A DNA stretch of 64,000 bases, from contig CAWGMQ010000005.1 of NCBI GenBank assembly GCA_963823665.1, forward strand, positions 1,216,001 through 1,280,000. Reading direction: 5' to 3'. A program made the translations under genes and the position numbers. The first letter of the stretch is position 1. Every line of letters begins with the position of its first letter. This document shows, one piece after another, positions 34,006 to 44,191 of this stretch. The notes beneath the pieces were generated by a model. It saw only the letters and a list, made by a program, of their open reading frames with translations. It was not told where the DNA came from and did not search any database. The stretch comes from an uncultured Planctomycetota bacterium. GTDB taxonomy: Bacteria; Planctomycetota; Planctomycetia; Isosphaerales; Isosphaeraceae.

Positions 34006-36372
34006 TCATGGCGTGGAGTGTTGCTTGTCGTTTTCCTCCTTCTCACGCGTGGACATTGGATGGTCGGTCACGCCAAGCAGGGCCGCCGCTTCCGCGCGGA
34101 AGATGGCGAGCTCCGTGTCGCTCGGGCGGCTCGTGTTCATCACGCGAGTTGCGGATCGATAGCGGTCCAAGGCCCGTGCACCGTCGCCGGCGTGATGGTA
34201 TGCCATGGCGAGGACAAAACATCCCAGGGCAATATCGCCCGCTCCGTAGAGGGACTCCGTTCCATGGCGCTCTGGGGCCAGTGGTGGTTCGAGCGTGTCG
34301 ATCGCGGCTCGGAAATCGCCTTTCCGATAGTGGGCGATGCCTTCCAACAACCAGTGAGGACTTAGACTGGGATCATACGGCCGAGCTGAGCGCGTGTCTT
34401 TCTCTTTTTCGATCATCCTCGCCGTCAGCTCGAGGACCCGGCCCGGATCTCGAAAGGAAGCTTCGGGACAAATCGCCAAAAACCACCGCAGGCGACGCAG
34501 GCTCTCGAAACGCTGGGGATCAAGTTCGACAGCGCGAAGATAATCCTTCCGCGCCCGTTCGAAATGATCGATCGCTTGGGATCGTAAACCCGATGCGTAA
34601 AGCTGAAGGCCCAATATGTTGTGGGATGTGCCGAGCACCGCCGCATGGTCTGGCTTGGAGGGGTCCACCGTCACGAGCCGCTCACCGAGACGGATGGCCT
34701 GCTCGAAGGCCGTGATGGCTTCCTTGATTTCCCCGCTCACGAAGCAGAGGTTCGCGAGGTGGTGGCAGGCCTCGATCGACTCGGACAGCACACGCGGATC
34801 GCGACTCGACTCATCGATGAATCCCTCGATCGTCCTGCGGGAGTGTTCCCGAACAGAACGGCGCAACTCTCTGACCTGGGCGGAGTCTGGTAGCGTTCGG
34901 TCGTGCAGTCGCAAGAGCAAATGGTCAAGCCCCTGCAGAACAACCGAAAGGCGATACCCCGCTCGGACACTATTTGCCTGAGCAGTCGCAGCGAATTGTC
35001 TGGCGCGAACTTCCTCATCTCGAGCCCGCTTGATGGCCGCCTGGGTCGTGACCTGCTCCCGTGCGATGAGGACGATCGCGACGGCCAGGATGATGGCTGT
35101 GGTCATCGACGCGGCCGCGGTGCCGACCAGGGTCGAAGGGTGGCGTCTGACCCACTTCGAAATCTGCTCGTACGCACTGGGCCGCTTGGCCTTGATCGGC
35201 TTGTTCTCCAGAAACCGCCGCAAGTCATCGGCCAGTTCCTGAGCGGTCGCGTACCGCGATTCGGGCTCCTTGCTCATCGCCTTCTGAAGGATTGTCTCAA
35301 GCTCGCGCGGGGTTGCGGGATTGAGCTTGCGAGGGGGAGCCGGCTCCTCGTGCGCAATCTTGTGCATGAGTTCCTGCCGGTCCTGACCCTCGATGGCCGG
35401 CCGCAATGTCAATAATTCATAGAGCGTCGCGCCCAGCGAGTAGATATCGGCGCGGTGGTCCAGGTAGCCGCGCCTGGCGAGTGCTTGCTCGGGGCTCATG
35501 TAACGGAGCGTACCCAGCAGGTCGCCGGTCATGGTCAACCCGTTGTCGTCCTGGAGCCGGGCCAGGCCGAAGTCGGTGATCCAGAGGCGGCCGGCCGCGT
35601 CGAGCAGGAGGTTCGCCGGCTTGATATCGCGGTGGATGACGCCCTGGCCGTGCGCGTGATCCAGCGCCAAGGCAGCCTGGATGCCGAGCGTGGCGGCCAT
35701 GCGCATGAACTCGCCGGTCCGGGACGACGGGGTGGGACTGACGGAGCGGGCCGCCGCGGTCACGGCCGGAGACGCGGACGGACCGTCGTCGATGGGCGGT
35801 GAGTGTTCGAAGCTCCGCCGTTCGTTAATCAACTGGGCGAGGGTCTGGCCGTCGATAAACTGCATCGCGTAGTAATGCACCCCGCGCTCGCAGCCGACGG
35901 CATGAATCGGCACGATGTTCGTGTGGTGCAACAGCGCCGCGGCCTGGGCCTCGGTCTTGAACCGCTGGAGCTGGCGCGGGTCGAGCCCGCCGGCCAAGGG
36001 CAGAACCTTCAAGGCAACACGCCGGTGCAGCGAGAGCTGCTCGGCCTCATACACGACCCCCATGCCGCCACGGCCGACTTCGCGCAGGATCCGGAAATCG
36101 CCCACGACACCCAGCTCGGAGGCAGAGATGGCCTCTGACACTGGCAGGCCACATCGATCCCGGACTGCCGAGCGGCTCAGCTCGGCCATCATCTGCAAGG
36201 CGGGGAGCAACTGCCCTAGAGCTTTTGCGTGCTCCGGGTACTGGGCGGCAAAAGCGCTCGGATCGAGCGATTCACCCGCCTGGAGGCGCTCCAGGAACTG
36301 CTCGACCAGCTCGGCCTGGATCGAGTCACTCCTGCTGGCTGAGCGCGGCTCGACGCGTGTGCCAATGCTCAT
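34006..36372 (-). CDS. Hanks-type Ser/Thr protein kinase with TM helix and TPR-like C-terminus
   Basis: GRGGMG, VALK, HRDIKPAN, DFG, GTLRYMSPE and DIYSLG, then a hydrophobic helix and TPR-like repeats. Overlaps the ECF stop codon (ATGA). Confidence 0.95.
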   Translation of the reverse strand: MSIGTRVEPRSASRSDSIQAELVEQFLERLQAGESLDPSAFAAQYPEHAKALGQLLPALQMMAELSRSAVRDRCGLPVSEAISASELGVVGDFRILREVGRGGMGVVYEAEQLSLHRRVALKVLPLAGGLDPRQLQRFKTEAQAAALLHHTNIVPIHAVGCERGVHYYAMQFIDGQTLAQLINERRSFEHSPPIDDGPSASPAVTAAARSVSPTPSSRTGEFMRMAATLGIQAALALDHAHGQGVIHRDIKPANLLLDAAGRLWITDFGLARLQDDNGLTMTGDLLGTLRYMSPEQALARRGYLDHRADIYSLGATLYELLTLRPAIEGQDRQELMHKIAHEEPAPPRKLNPATPRELETILQKAMSKEPESRYATAQELADDLRRFLENKPIKAKRPSAYEQISKWVRRHPSTLVGTAAASMTTAIILAVAIVLIAREQVTTQAAIKRARDEEVRARQFAATAQANSVRAGYRLSVVLQGLDHLLLRLHDRTLPDSAQVRELRRSVREHSRRTIEGFIDESSRDPRVLSESIEACHHLANLCFVSGEIKEAITAFEQAIRLGERLVTVDPSKPDHAAVLGTSHNILGLQLYASGLRSQAIDHFERARKDYLRAVELDPQRFESLRRLRWFLAICPEASFRDPGRVLELTARMIEKEKDTRSARPYDPSLSPHWLLEGIAHYRKGDFRAAIDTLEPPLAPERHGTESLYGAGDIALGCFVLAMAYHHAGDGARALDRYRSATRVMNTSRPSDTELAIFRAEAAALLGVTDHPMSTREKEENDKQHSTP

Positions 36373-36986
36373 GGCGACTCTCCCAAGATGGATCTCAACC
36401 GCCGGAGCGCGCGGAGGTGACGGACCTTGACGGCCCCTTCGGTCAGGCCCAGGATCTCGGCGATCTCGGCGATGGGAAGTTGCTCCAGGTTGCGCATGAC
36501 CAGGATCTCGCGGTCATGCGGAGCCAAACCCTCCAGAGCGGCTCGGAGCCGCTGACGCAGCTCGTTACGAATCAGGGCTTGACTGGGGCTGGCGCCGCCG
36601 GCCGCCAGGCGGGCCAAGCACAGCACTGAATTGTCAGGCAGCGGCATGGACCAGGGCTCCTCGCGGGTAACGCTCCGCTTCTTCGACCGGATGTGGTGGC
36701 GGTGCAGCTTGACCAGCCGTTCCCATGCGAACTGGCGCAGCCAGGCATAGTAGGGGAGCGGTCGAGAACGAAGGAATTCGTCCAGTTGCTGTGCCGCTTC
36801 GACCAGCGCCTCCTGGACAACGTCGGAAGGGTCCAGTCGCGCGGCGACCCCGCGATCGAGCCGCACGGCGACCATCTTGACCAGCCGTTTGCGATGCCGG
36901 ACCAGTAACTGCTGGCGTGCCGCGATATTGCCTTGGGCGGTGAGCGCGAGCAGCTCCTCGGTGTCAGGCTCCGACACGGTGTTCAT
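36369..36986 (-). CDS. ECF sigma-70 factor, planctomycete kinase-associated type
   Basis: Region 2 RLDPSDVVQEA and region 4 DREILVMRNLEQLPIAEIAEILGLTEGAVKVRHLRAL. Translationally coupled to the kinase. Confidence 0.92.
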   Translation of the reverse strand: MNTVSEPDTEELLALTAQGNIAARQQLLVRHRKRLVKMVAVRLDRGVAARLDPSDVVQEALVEAAQQLDEFLRSRPLPYYAWLRQFAWERLVKLHRHHIRSKKRSVTREEPWSMPLPDNSVLCLARLAAGGASPSQALIRNELRQRLRAALEGLAPHDREILVMRNLEQLPIAEIAEILGLTEGAVKVRHLRALRRLRSILGESP

Positions 36987-37198
36987 CGAGAGCTTCCTCC
37001 ATCATAATAACCTTCCCAAACGGCGGAAAAGGTTACAGGACGGTACACATTTTCTCACCACACGTTCGAGATCTTACCGGCGGGGCGACGCGAGTTCGAG
37101 AAAAAACAGCCCCATCGGAACTCGTCCCGTGCCGTGAGCCCGAACGCTCCCAAAACACCCCACCCAAGTATTTTTTTGCATTTGCACCGAGGGCTTCC

Positions 37199-37207
37199 TG
37201 GCATAAT
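37199..37207 (+). promoter_or_regulatory. Candidate extended -10 element (TGnCATAAT) upstream of the sigma-cytochrome gene
   Basis: TGGCATAAT preceded by a T-rich tract and TTGCA motifs, about 43 bp before ATG 37250. Confidence 0.35.
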
Positions 37208-37249
37208 GAGTAGACGGACGAGATTTCTGGAGGGGGGCCGGGTGAGGCG

Positions 37250-38275
37250 ATGCCCGAGCAATCAAGCGACGCGACCTTGCTGGAGCGATTCGTCAGTTTT
37301 GGCGAAGAAGCTGCGTTCGTGGCTCTGGTGGAACGCTACGGACCGCTCGTGCAGCATGTCTGCCGGCGCGTGCTTCATAACGAGCACGACGTGGAGGACG
37401 TTTTCCAGGCCACGTTTCTCGTCCTGGCGCGACGGGCAGGCGGTATCGCGTGGTCTGAGTCGGTGGGTGGGTGGCTCGGTGCCGTCGCTCATCGGCTGGC
37501 GCTCGGCGCCCGGTCCGACCTTTCCCGGCGGCACCGGCGCGAGACCTCGCTCTCCACGCTCGCCACGAGGCGGGAAAGCTCCGGGTTGATCGTGGCGGAA
37601 GCCGGGCTGCCCGAAGAGCTTCACCCGTTCGCCGATCCGTTCGCCGAGCTGGGACGCAGGGAGCTCGGGCGGCTGGTCCGAGACGAGCTGCGCGGCCTGC
37701 CTGAGAAATACCGCTCGCCGGTCGTCTTGTGCTATTTCGAGGGCCGGACACACGCGGAAGCCGCTCGGCAGCTCGGATATCCGGCCGGCTCGATCTCGCG
37801 GCGGCTGAAACGCGCCGGAGCCCTCCTGCGGCGGCGGCTCATTCATCGCGGGCTCACGTTCGCAATCGCCTTCCTGCTGGTGGGGCTGCTGCTCTTCTCC
37901 ATTTGCAGGAGCGGCGGCGACCCGCGCGCCACCGCCCTATCCGTTCGATCGGCGATGTCGTCGTTGGAGCCGCGGCACTCCGGAGCGACGAAAATGCAAA
38001 TGCAAGCTCTGATCGATGAGATAGAACGATCCGGTATTGATCGAAGCGAGCAAGAGATTGCCGCCTTCGCCCGCCGAGCTACTCAGGTGGCCGACGAGAT
38101 CGAGCCGTACTCGCCCGGCAAGCTTCCGGACGAATGGCGGAGATACTCGGCCGAGATGCGGCAATCCGCCGTCCTGCTCGCCCAGGCCACCCAGATCCAC
38201 GACCAGGCCTCGATGCTCGGGGCTGCCCGCCGCTTGAATGCCGCGTGTCTGGGATGCCATGAGACCTTCCACTAG
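37250..38275 (+). CDS. ECF sigma factor fused to a TM helix and C-terminal cytochrome c'-like (CxxCH) domain
   Basis: Region 2 DATLLERF...HDVEDVFQATFLVLAR, region 4 LPEKYRSPVVLCYFEGRTHAEAARQLG, TM segment FAIAFLLVGLLLFSI, and a helical domain ending AACLGCHETFH. Confidence 0.88.
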   Translation: MPEQSSDATLLERFVSFGEEAAFVALVERYGPLVQHVCRRVLHNEHDVEDVFQATFLVLARRAGGIAWSESVGGWLGAVAHRLALGARSDLSRRHRRETSLSTLATRRESSGLIVAEAGLPEELHPFADPFAELGRRELGRLVRDELRGLPEKYRSPVVLCYFEGRTHAEAARQLGYPAGSISRRLKRAGALLRRRLIHRGLTFAIAFLLVGLLLFSICRSGGDPRATALSVRSAMSSLEPRHSGATKMQMQALIDEIERSGIDRSEQEIAAFARRATQVADEIEPYSPGKLPDEWRRYSAEMRQSAVLLAQATQIHDQASMLGAARRLNAACLGCHETFH

Positions 38276-38407
38276 ATGGCGCTCACACTGGTCCGGAGCC
38301 GTGAATCCGGATAGAATGACCATGCTGACTCCCGTGAAGCGATCTGGGCCCTTGTTGCCTACCGTTGAACCCACCCTCGAGATCGCCCTATCCTGGTTAG
38401 GCATAAG

Positions 38408-40668
38408 ATGATGGCGACAGCTACCAAGAAGATTCCCCCGGCACCGCAGACGCCTTCGGGCAGGGAGGAAACCTGGGAATCGGAAACGCTCGGGGACCGG
38501 ATCGCCCGGGGATTTGACGCGATTTATCGCTTTCTGGCTTCCTTGAAGCTCGCGGTGATCTCGATCAGCACCCTGGCGGCGACTCTCGCCTACGCGACCG
38601 TCTTCGAGTCGAGGTATGGCGGAGGAGCGGCTCAGGAGTGGATTTATCGCAGCCCCGGATTCGCGATCCTGCTGGCGTTTCTCGGGATGAACATCCTGTG
38701 CGCGGCCCTGATTCGCTATCCCTGGAAGAAACGCCAGACCGGCTTCGTGGTCACTCATGTCGGGCTGCTGACCCTCCTGGCCGGCTCCTTTTACAGCGTG
38801 CGAACAGCCGACGAGGGCCAGGTGGGCATGGTCGAGGGAGACGTCAAGAGCGAGCTGGTGCGCTCGGAGCATCCCGTGATCCGGGTCTGGGAGATCGACC
38901 CCCATCCGCGGCAGCACGCGGGCCATCAAGATGAATCCCAGGGCGGCGCCGACCACGCGCACACGCCGGAGCGCGTTCGCGAGCTGGACCTGCCGTTTGG
39001 GGCGGGCCGCTTCGCGTGGGGGCCGCACACGCCGCGGGACGTGGGCTTGGTCCAGTCGGTGCTTTCGCGCGTGACCTTCGGCTGGCTCGGGACAGCCACC
39101 TCGCACGAGGATGTCCTGACCACGCCCGACGATCCGTTTCGCCTCGTCGTCAAGGAGTTCCTACCGGCCGCGGACGCGGCCGTCGCGCACGAGCCAGACC
39201 CGAACGGCGTGCCGATGGCTCGGATCGATTTGCAGTTCAAGGGCCCGGCGATGCCCCGCGCCCAGGACGCCTTCCGCTCCGAAAAGGAGCATTGGTTTGC
39301 GCTCGACAAGGAGAGGAAGTTCTACCGGCTCGTTCGCAGCCATCCGCCTGCGATGATCAGCTTCTCTTATGTAGACCGCCCCGAGCTCGTCGAAGATTTT
39401 CTGAAACCGCCGCCTGACGGACCGAATGGCGGTACGGCCCGGTTCCGCTATAAAGATCGAACCGGGGGCAGCCGCACGTTCGACTGGGTGCTCGATGGAC
39501 AGGAGGGCAAGTCAATCGTCCTCCCCGACAGCGACCTGACCGTCAAGCTCGAAAAGATGATCGAGATTCCCACCGACACGCGAGAAACCGCTTTGCTCAA
39601 TCAGTACCTGGGTGACGATCCTGTTCCGGTCGCCTCATTCCAGATCCAGGCCGGCACCAATGAGCCGGTGCTGCACATGGTGCTCGGCAATGTGCCGATG
39701 GTGCCCAACGTCATTCCCACGGCCAAGACATCAAGCAGTCCGGCCCCGGCGCCGCTGGCCGCGATTCACTACATGATCACTCCGACGCTCGACCCCAAGA
39801 CCAACGGCCGCTTTGGCCAGATCGACGTGCTGGCCGGTCCCGACGACGCGCTTTACTATCGCATTTTCGGCCGGTCGAAAGAGGGCGGCAAAGGCGAGCT
39901 TCGCGCCTCGGGCGCCTCGAAAAGGCCAAGCCCATTCTGGCCTTCGGCGGGGGCGCCAGTATGCCGATGACCATCACGTTTCAGGTCGACAGCTACCTGC
40001 CCGCGGCGATCGAGAAGCAGATCTACGAGCCGGTCGATCTCCCCAAGGGCCAGATGGATAACGGCATCCCGGCCTGCCGCGCCGAGATGACAGTAAACGG
40101 CCAGACCAAGGAAATCTGGCTGAGTCGCTCCGAAAACTACCTCGATCATCCGCGGTCGCGCTACCTCACCTTCGGCAACGCCGTTTACGAGCTGATGTTC
40201 GACGTCGATCGCCGGCCGCTGGGCTTTCAGCTCAAGCTCGACGACTTCGATACCGAGTTCGAGCCAGGCACCGAGCAGCCGACGCATTTCACGAGCCAGG
40301 TTCGTCTGACTGACTCCGCAGCGGGTATCAAGGACAAGCCATACACGATCTCGATGAATAACCCGCTCGACCATAAGGGCTACACGTTCTATCAATCGAA
40401 CTACATCCGCGTGCGAGACCCGGACACGGGCAGTTTCACGGGGCAGTTCGAGTCGATTTTCCAGGTGGCCACCAATCCCGGCCGGCCCATCATCTATGGA
40501 GGCTGCGCTCTGGTGGTCCTGGGCACGTTCCTTCAGTTCTACATGCGAGCGGGGGTCTTCACCGACGGCGGCAAGAAAGAGCGCGAATGCGCCCTCGCCA
40601 AATTGAAGAAGAAAGCCGCAAAGCAAGAGACCACAGCCACAACCGCAACCGCGGTAGAAGACCTTTGA
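38408..40668 (+). CDS. resB: ResB/CcsB-like System II cytochrome c biogenesis protein, frameshift near 39915
   Basis: FLASLKLAV...WIYRSPGFAILL...N...RYPW...GFVVTHVGLL (TM His). The next frame gives FQLKLDDF, ISMNNPLDHKGYTFYQS and PGRPIIYGG. Confidence 0.85.
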
Positions 40669-40732
40669 TATGGATCGTTCCAGCCTGATTCCACCCAAGA
40701 ACAATCATGCGATCAAACCGCCAGGAGAAGCG

Positions 40733-43453
40733 ATGATGAACCGAATCGGCACGCGATTGGTCGCGGGGTTGCTGGCTGGATTGTTTGCGGGGCTCGTGCC
40801 CGCTCATGCCTCCCCCGAGCCCAAGCCGAAGTCGCCGGGCACTGGCCGCGCGTATGAGCTGCTCGGCAAGGTGGCCGTCTTGCACGAGGGCCGGATCAAG
40901 CCACTGGATACCGTCGCCCGCGAAGAGATCAAGCAGATCTACGGCCGCGAGACGATCAAGCTGCATGATCCGGCCGAGGAAATTGCCAAGATTCTCGAGC
41001 CCGCGGCCGGGAAGCCCGCGGAGGAGCCCGCCGTCCAGACATGGGGACCGGTCGGCGCGTTCCTTGACTGGATCGTCGTCCCTGAGTTCTGGGACGATCA
41101 GCCCTTCATCCTGGTCGATTCTCTGCCGCTGCGTCGGCGTCTCATCGCCGAGACGATCACAAAACGCCTGAACGCGATCGCCGAGAAGTCAACCACGCCC
41201 GCGGACGAGAAACCACTCTTGCAAAAGCTCGCGGCCCAGGCCGAGCCGGCCCAGGCGGCGCTGGCCAGTCTCGCCCGGACTTCCAAGCTGCCGATCGAGG
41301 ACAAGAAGACCATCGCCGAGCTAGCCGCCAAGCTCACCGAAGAGCACAAGTGGATGACGCCTCGCGAGCTCGACGAAAGCCGGGTATCGGCGGATGGAGA
41401 AATGCACTCCTTCCTCGACTGGGCATCCGAGCTGAACACCTTGCAGCGCCAGTTCGACGCCAACCCCAAGGCGGGCCGGCGGCTCCTGGCGGTCGAGAAG
41501 CGGGCAGTCGAAGTCGCTTCGCGGCTCACGACCTACCAGGCTTACAGCGGCGACCGGATTCAAACAGCGGGTGTCGTGCTGATCATGCCCCGGCCGAACA
41601 ACAGCAAGTATCTGGCTCACACCGCTCTCGCAATCAAGGAGGTGCGCGAGAAGAAAGGCAACCCGGAGACCATGCCGCTCTTCAAGCTCGACGAGCTGAA
41701 GGCGATCTCCACGTACTGGAACAACATTCAACAAGATCAGCGCCACGACCCGACCGAGGATTCGAAATTCGATGAGCGATATACCGCGTGGCTTCGCGAC
41801 AATTCGGTCTGGGTTCCTCTCAAAGTCTTTTTGAAGTCGAATCCCGCCGACTTGATCGAAGGGGGTTACCCCGAAACCCCGACCAAGGCATTTCTGGACG
41901 CCTACCACGCACTCGAGCAGGCTGAATCAAGCTCTCCCGGCCACGTTGCTGAGGATGTGGCGGCGCAGTTCCTGAATGCATCGCGCGAGCTGGGTGAAGC
42001 GGTCAACCCCGCCCGCTACCCGACCGCGACCATGATCGCGCGCGAAACCCATTTCAACTCGATGAGTCCCTTCTCGCTCGCGCCCGTGGGTTATGGCACC
42101 GGCGTCGCCTTGCTCGTTCTGAGCCTGGCCATCGCCACGCTCACGGGAAGACCAGCTCAGAAGTCGCTCGCCGGGATGACGACATACGTCTTGGGGCTCG
42201 TGGGGCTCGTGGCTGGAATCTCACTCGAGATCTACGGCTTCTATCTGCGCGTCGTGATCACGGGCTGGGCACCCGTGACTAATATGTATGAAACGGTCGT
42301 CTGGGTCGCGCTGGTCGCCGGCGTGCTGTCGTTCATCCTGGAGATGATCTACCGAAAGGTGTTCATTGGCCTGGCTGGGTCAGCGGTGGGTCTGCTGGGA
42401 ACAATCACCGCTGCGTCGGTGCCCTTGCTGGACTCGAGCATCAAGAGTTTACAGCCGGTCTTGCGCAGCAACTTCTGGTTGTCGACGCACGTCGTGTGCG
42501 AGGTCTCGAGCTATGCGGCCTTCGCGGTGGCCTGGATGCTCGGGCTGATCGCGACGGCGTACTACTTGACCGCGACTTACCGTCGCTCGCCTCGCGTCCT
42601 GGAGCTGGTGCTTCCCCTGGTGATCGGCGTGCCTCTCCTGCTCTCTGGCGGAGTGGGAGTCGCTGCCTCCTACGGGTTGTTCGGCCCACGGTGGACTTTC
42701 AGCGACGGCGTTGCCCTTTTCGGCGGGCCTCTAACCTTGAGCGGCGATGTCCTGTTCTACATCTTCGGCGGCATTGCGCTGGCTGGAGAGCTCATCACGC
42801 TATCGGTCCTTCTCGCGCTGGGCGGTGAGTTCTTCAACCGGATGACGTTCAATCCCGACGCGCAGCTAGAAACCGCCGAGGAAAAGCACAGCAAAGTCAA
42901 GCTCGACGCTCGGGGTCGCGCCATGCAGCGGACGATCGCGAACGTCAAGCCGCTTTCCAACTTCGTTTATCGCACCATGCAGGTCGGCGTGCTGCTGATC
43001 GCCGGCGGAACGATTCTGGGGGGCGTCTGGGCCGACTACTCATGGGGCCGCTTCTGGGGATGGGACCCGAAGGAAGTCTGGGCGCTCATCACGCTGCTGG
43101 TGTACCTGGTTCCGCTGCACGGGCGCTTTGCCGGTTGGGTGAACACGTTCGGACTCACCGCCGCATCCGTGGTCTGCTTCAACTCGGTGATCATGGCCTG
43201 GTACGGCGTGAACTTCGTGCTGGGAGTGGGCTTGCACAGCTACGGCTTCGTCGAAGGGGGCTCGCAGGGGTTCATGCTCGTCATCCTCTTGGGCCTGCTC
43301 GCGCTGCCGTTTGGCGCCGGCTGGCGGAGGCACCTGGGTCAACACGTCGCGGCGGAGGCCGATCCCGAAATTCAGCCCTCGATCGAGCCGGTCGAATCGG
43401 GGTCGATTCGGACGGGGAAGCCGCGAACAACGCGTGCTCCTGCCGCATCGTGA
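40733..43453 (+). CDS. ccsA: CcsA/ResC System II cytochrome c synthase with large N-terminal periplasmic domain
   Basis: GRIKPLDT, APVTNMYE, LQPVLRSNFWLSTHV, WWD motif WADYSWGRFWGWDPKEVW, and GLHSYG. Confidence 0.93.
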   Translation: MMNRIGTRLVAGLLAGLFAGLVPAHASPEPKPKSPGTGRAYELLGKVAVLHEGRIKPLDTVAREEIKQIYGRETIKLHDPAEEIAKILEPAAGKPAEEPAVQTWGPVGAFLDWIVVPEFWDDQPFILVDSLPLRRRLIAETITKRLNAIAEKSTTPADEKPLLQKLAAQAEPAQAALASLARTSKLPIEDKKTIAELAAKLTEEHKWMTPRELDESRVSADGEMHSFLDWASELNTLQRQFDANPKAGRRLLAVEKRAVEVASRLTTYQAYSGDRIQTAGVVLIMPRPNNSKYLAHTALAIKEVREKKGNPETMPLFKLDELKAISTYWNNIQQDQRHDPTEDSKFDERYTAWLRDNSVWVPLKVFLKSNPADLIEGGYPETPTKAFLDAYHALEQAESSSPGHVAEDVAAQFLNASRELGEAVNPARYPTATMIARETHFNSMSPFSLAPVGYGTGVALLVLSLAIATLTGRPAQKSLAGMTTYVLGLVGLVAGISLEIYGFYLRVVITGWAPVTNMYETVVWVALVAGVLSFILEMIYRKVFIGLAGSAVGLLGTITAASVPLLDSSIKSLQPVLRSNFWLSTHVVCEVSSYAAFAVAWMLGLIATAYYLTATYRRSPRVLELVLPLVIGVPLLLSGGVGVAASYGLFGPRWTFSDGVALFGGPLTLSGDVLFYIFGGIALAGELITLSVLLALGGEFFNRMTFNPDAQLETAEEKHSKVKLDARGRAMQRTIANVKPLSNFVYRTMQVGVLLIAGGTILGGVWADYSWGRFWGWDPKEVWALITLLVYLVPLHGRFAGWVNTFGLTAASVVCFNSVIMAWYGVNFVLGVGLHSYGFVEGGSQGFMLVILLGLLALPFGAGWRRHLGQHVAAEADPEIQPSIEPVESGSIRTGKPRTTRAPAAS

Positions 43454-43563
43454 TCCGTTGCCCGATGACCTCCGAACCGACGATCGGTTAGAATTACGCT
43501 TGCGAAGGGACGGACCGTACATCTGTGACCCGCTACCGCTGGGCGGCCTGTGGCGAGGTGGTC

Positions 43564-44055
43564 ATGACGATTCGAGACCAAGCCCGTCACGCACTGGGGT
43601 TGCTCAACTCCTCCCAGGTCTTCCTCCGAGCCTACGAGGATCAGCGCCTGCCTGAGGACCTGGATATCTACGTCGGTTGCCCCGAGGAGTTCTTCCTGGC
43701 ACCCGACACACTCCCGGCTTACACCGAGGGCCGCCTGATTCCGATCCTCGACGACGGCAACTTTTCCCTCATCACATTCTACGACCCTACCGGCGACGGC
43801 CTCGTCCAGAAGGACATCGAATCGCCGCATGAGGTGAGGGCCATGTTTGCGAGCTGGCAACAATACCTGGCGGACCTCATGATCCGGATCGCCGAATCGA
43901 TCGATGACGACGATCGCCTGCGCCGTGTGGCTCGTCTCATCGACTTCCATCACTTCGATGAGCTGCTGGCCTTCTTCCATGCCTGCCGGGACCAACCACC
44001 GGCCGAGGAATACGATCGACGCAAGGCACGTTTTCTCGAAGGCATCCCTGCTTGA
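43564..44055 (+). CDS. Hypothetical acidic protein, possibly SUKH/SMI1-KNR4-like
   Basis: Clean ORF after GAGGTGG. The LIPILDDGN...FYD...DIE...FASWQQYL pattern is suggestive only. Confidence 0.5.
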   Translation: MTIRDQARHALGLLNSSQVFLRAYEDQRLPEDLDIYVGCPEEFFLAPDTLPAYTEGRLIPILDDGNFSLITFYDPTGDGLVQKDIESPHEVRAMFASWQQYLADLMIRIAESIDDDDRLRRVARLIDFHHFDELLAFFHACRDQPPAEEYDRRKARFLEGIPA

Positions 44056-44191
44056 CAGCTCGCTGCGGGCCTCAGACGTCGATCGTGAGTTCTGTTCTCT
44101 GGATCACCCTTTCCAGGTCATCGCATCGTCCCGCGTCCGACTGCTTCGCACCAACTACACAATGCGACGAACAGCGAGGCCAAGCCCATTA

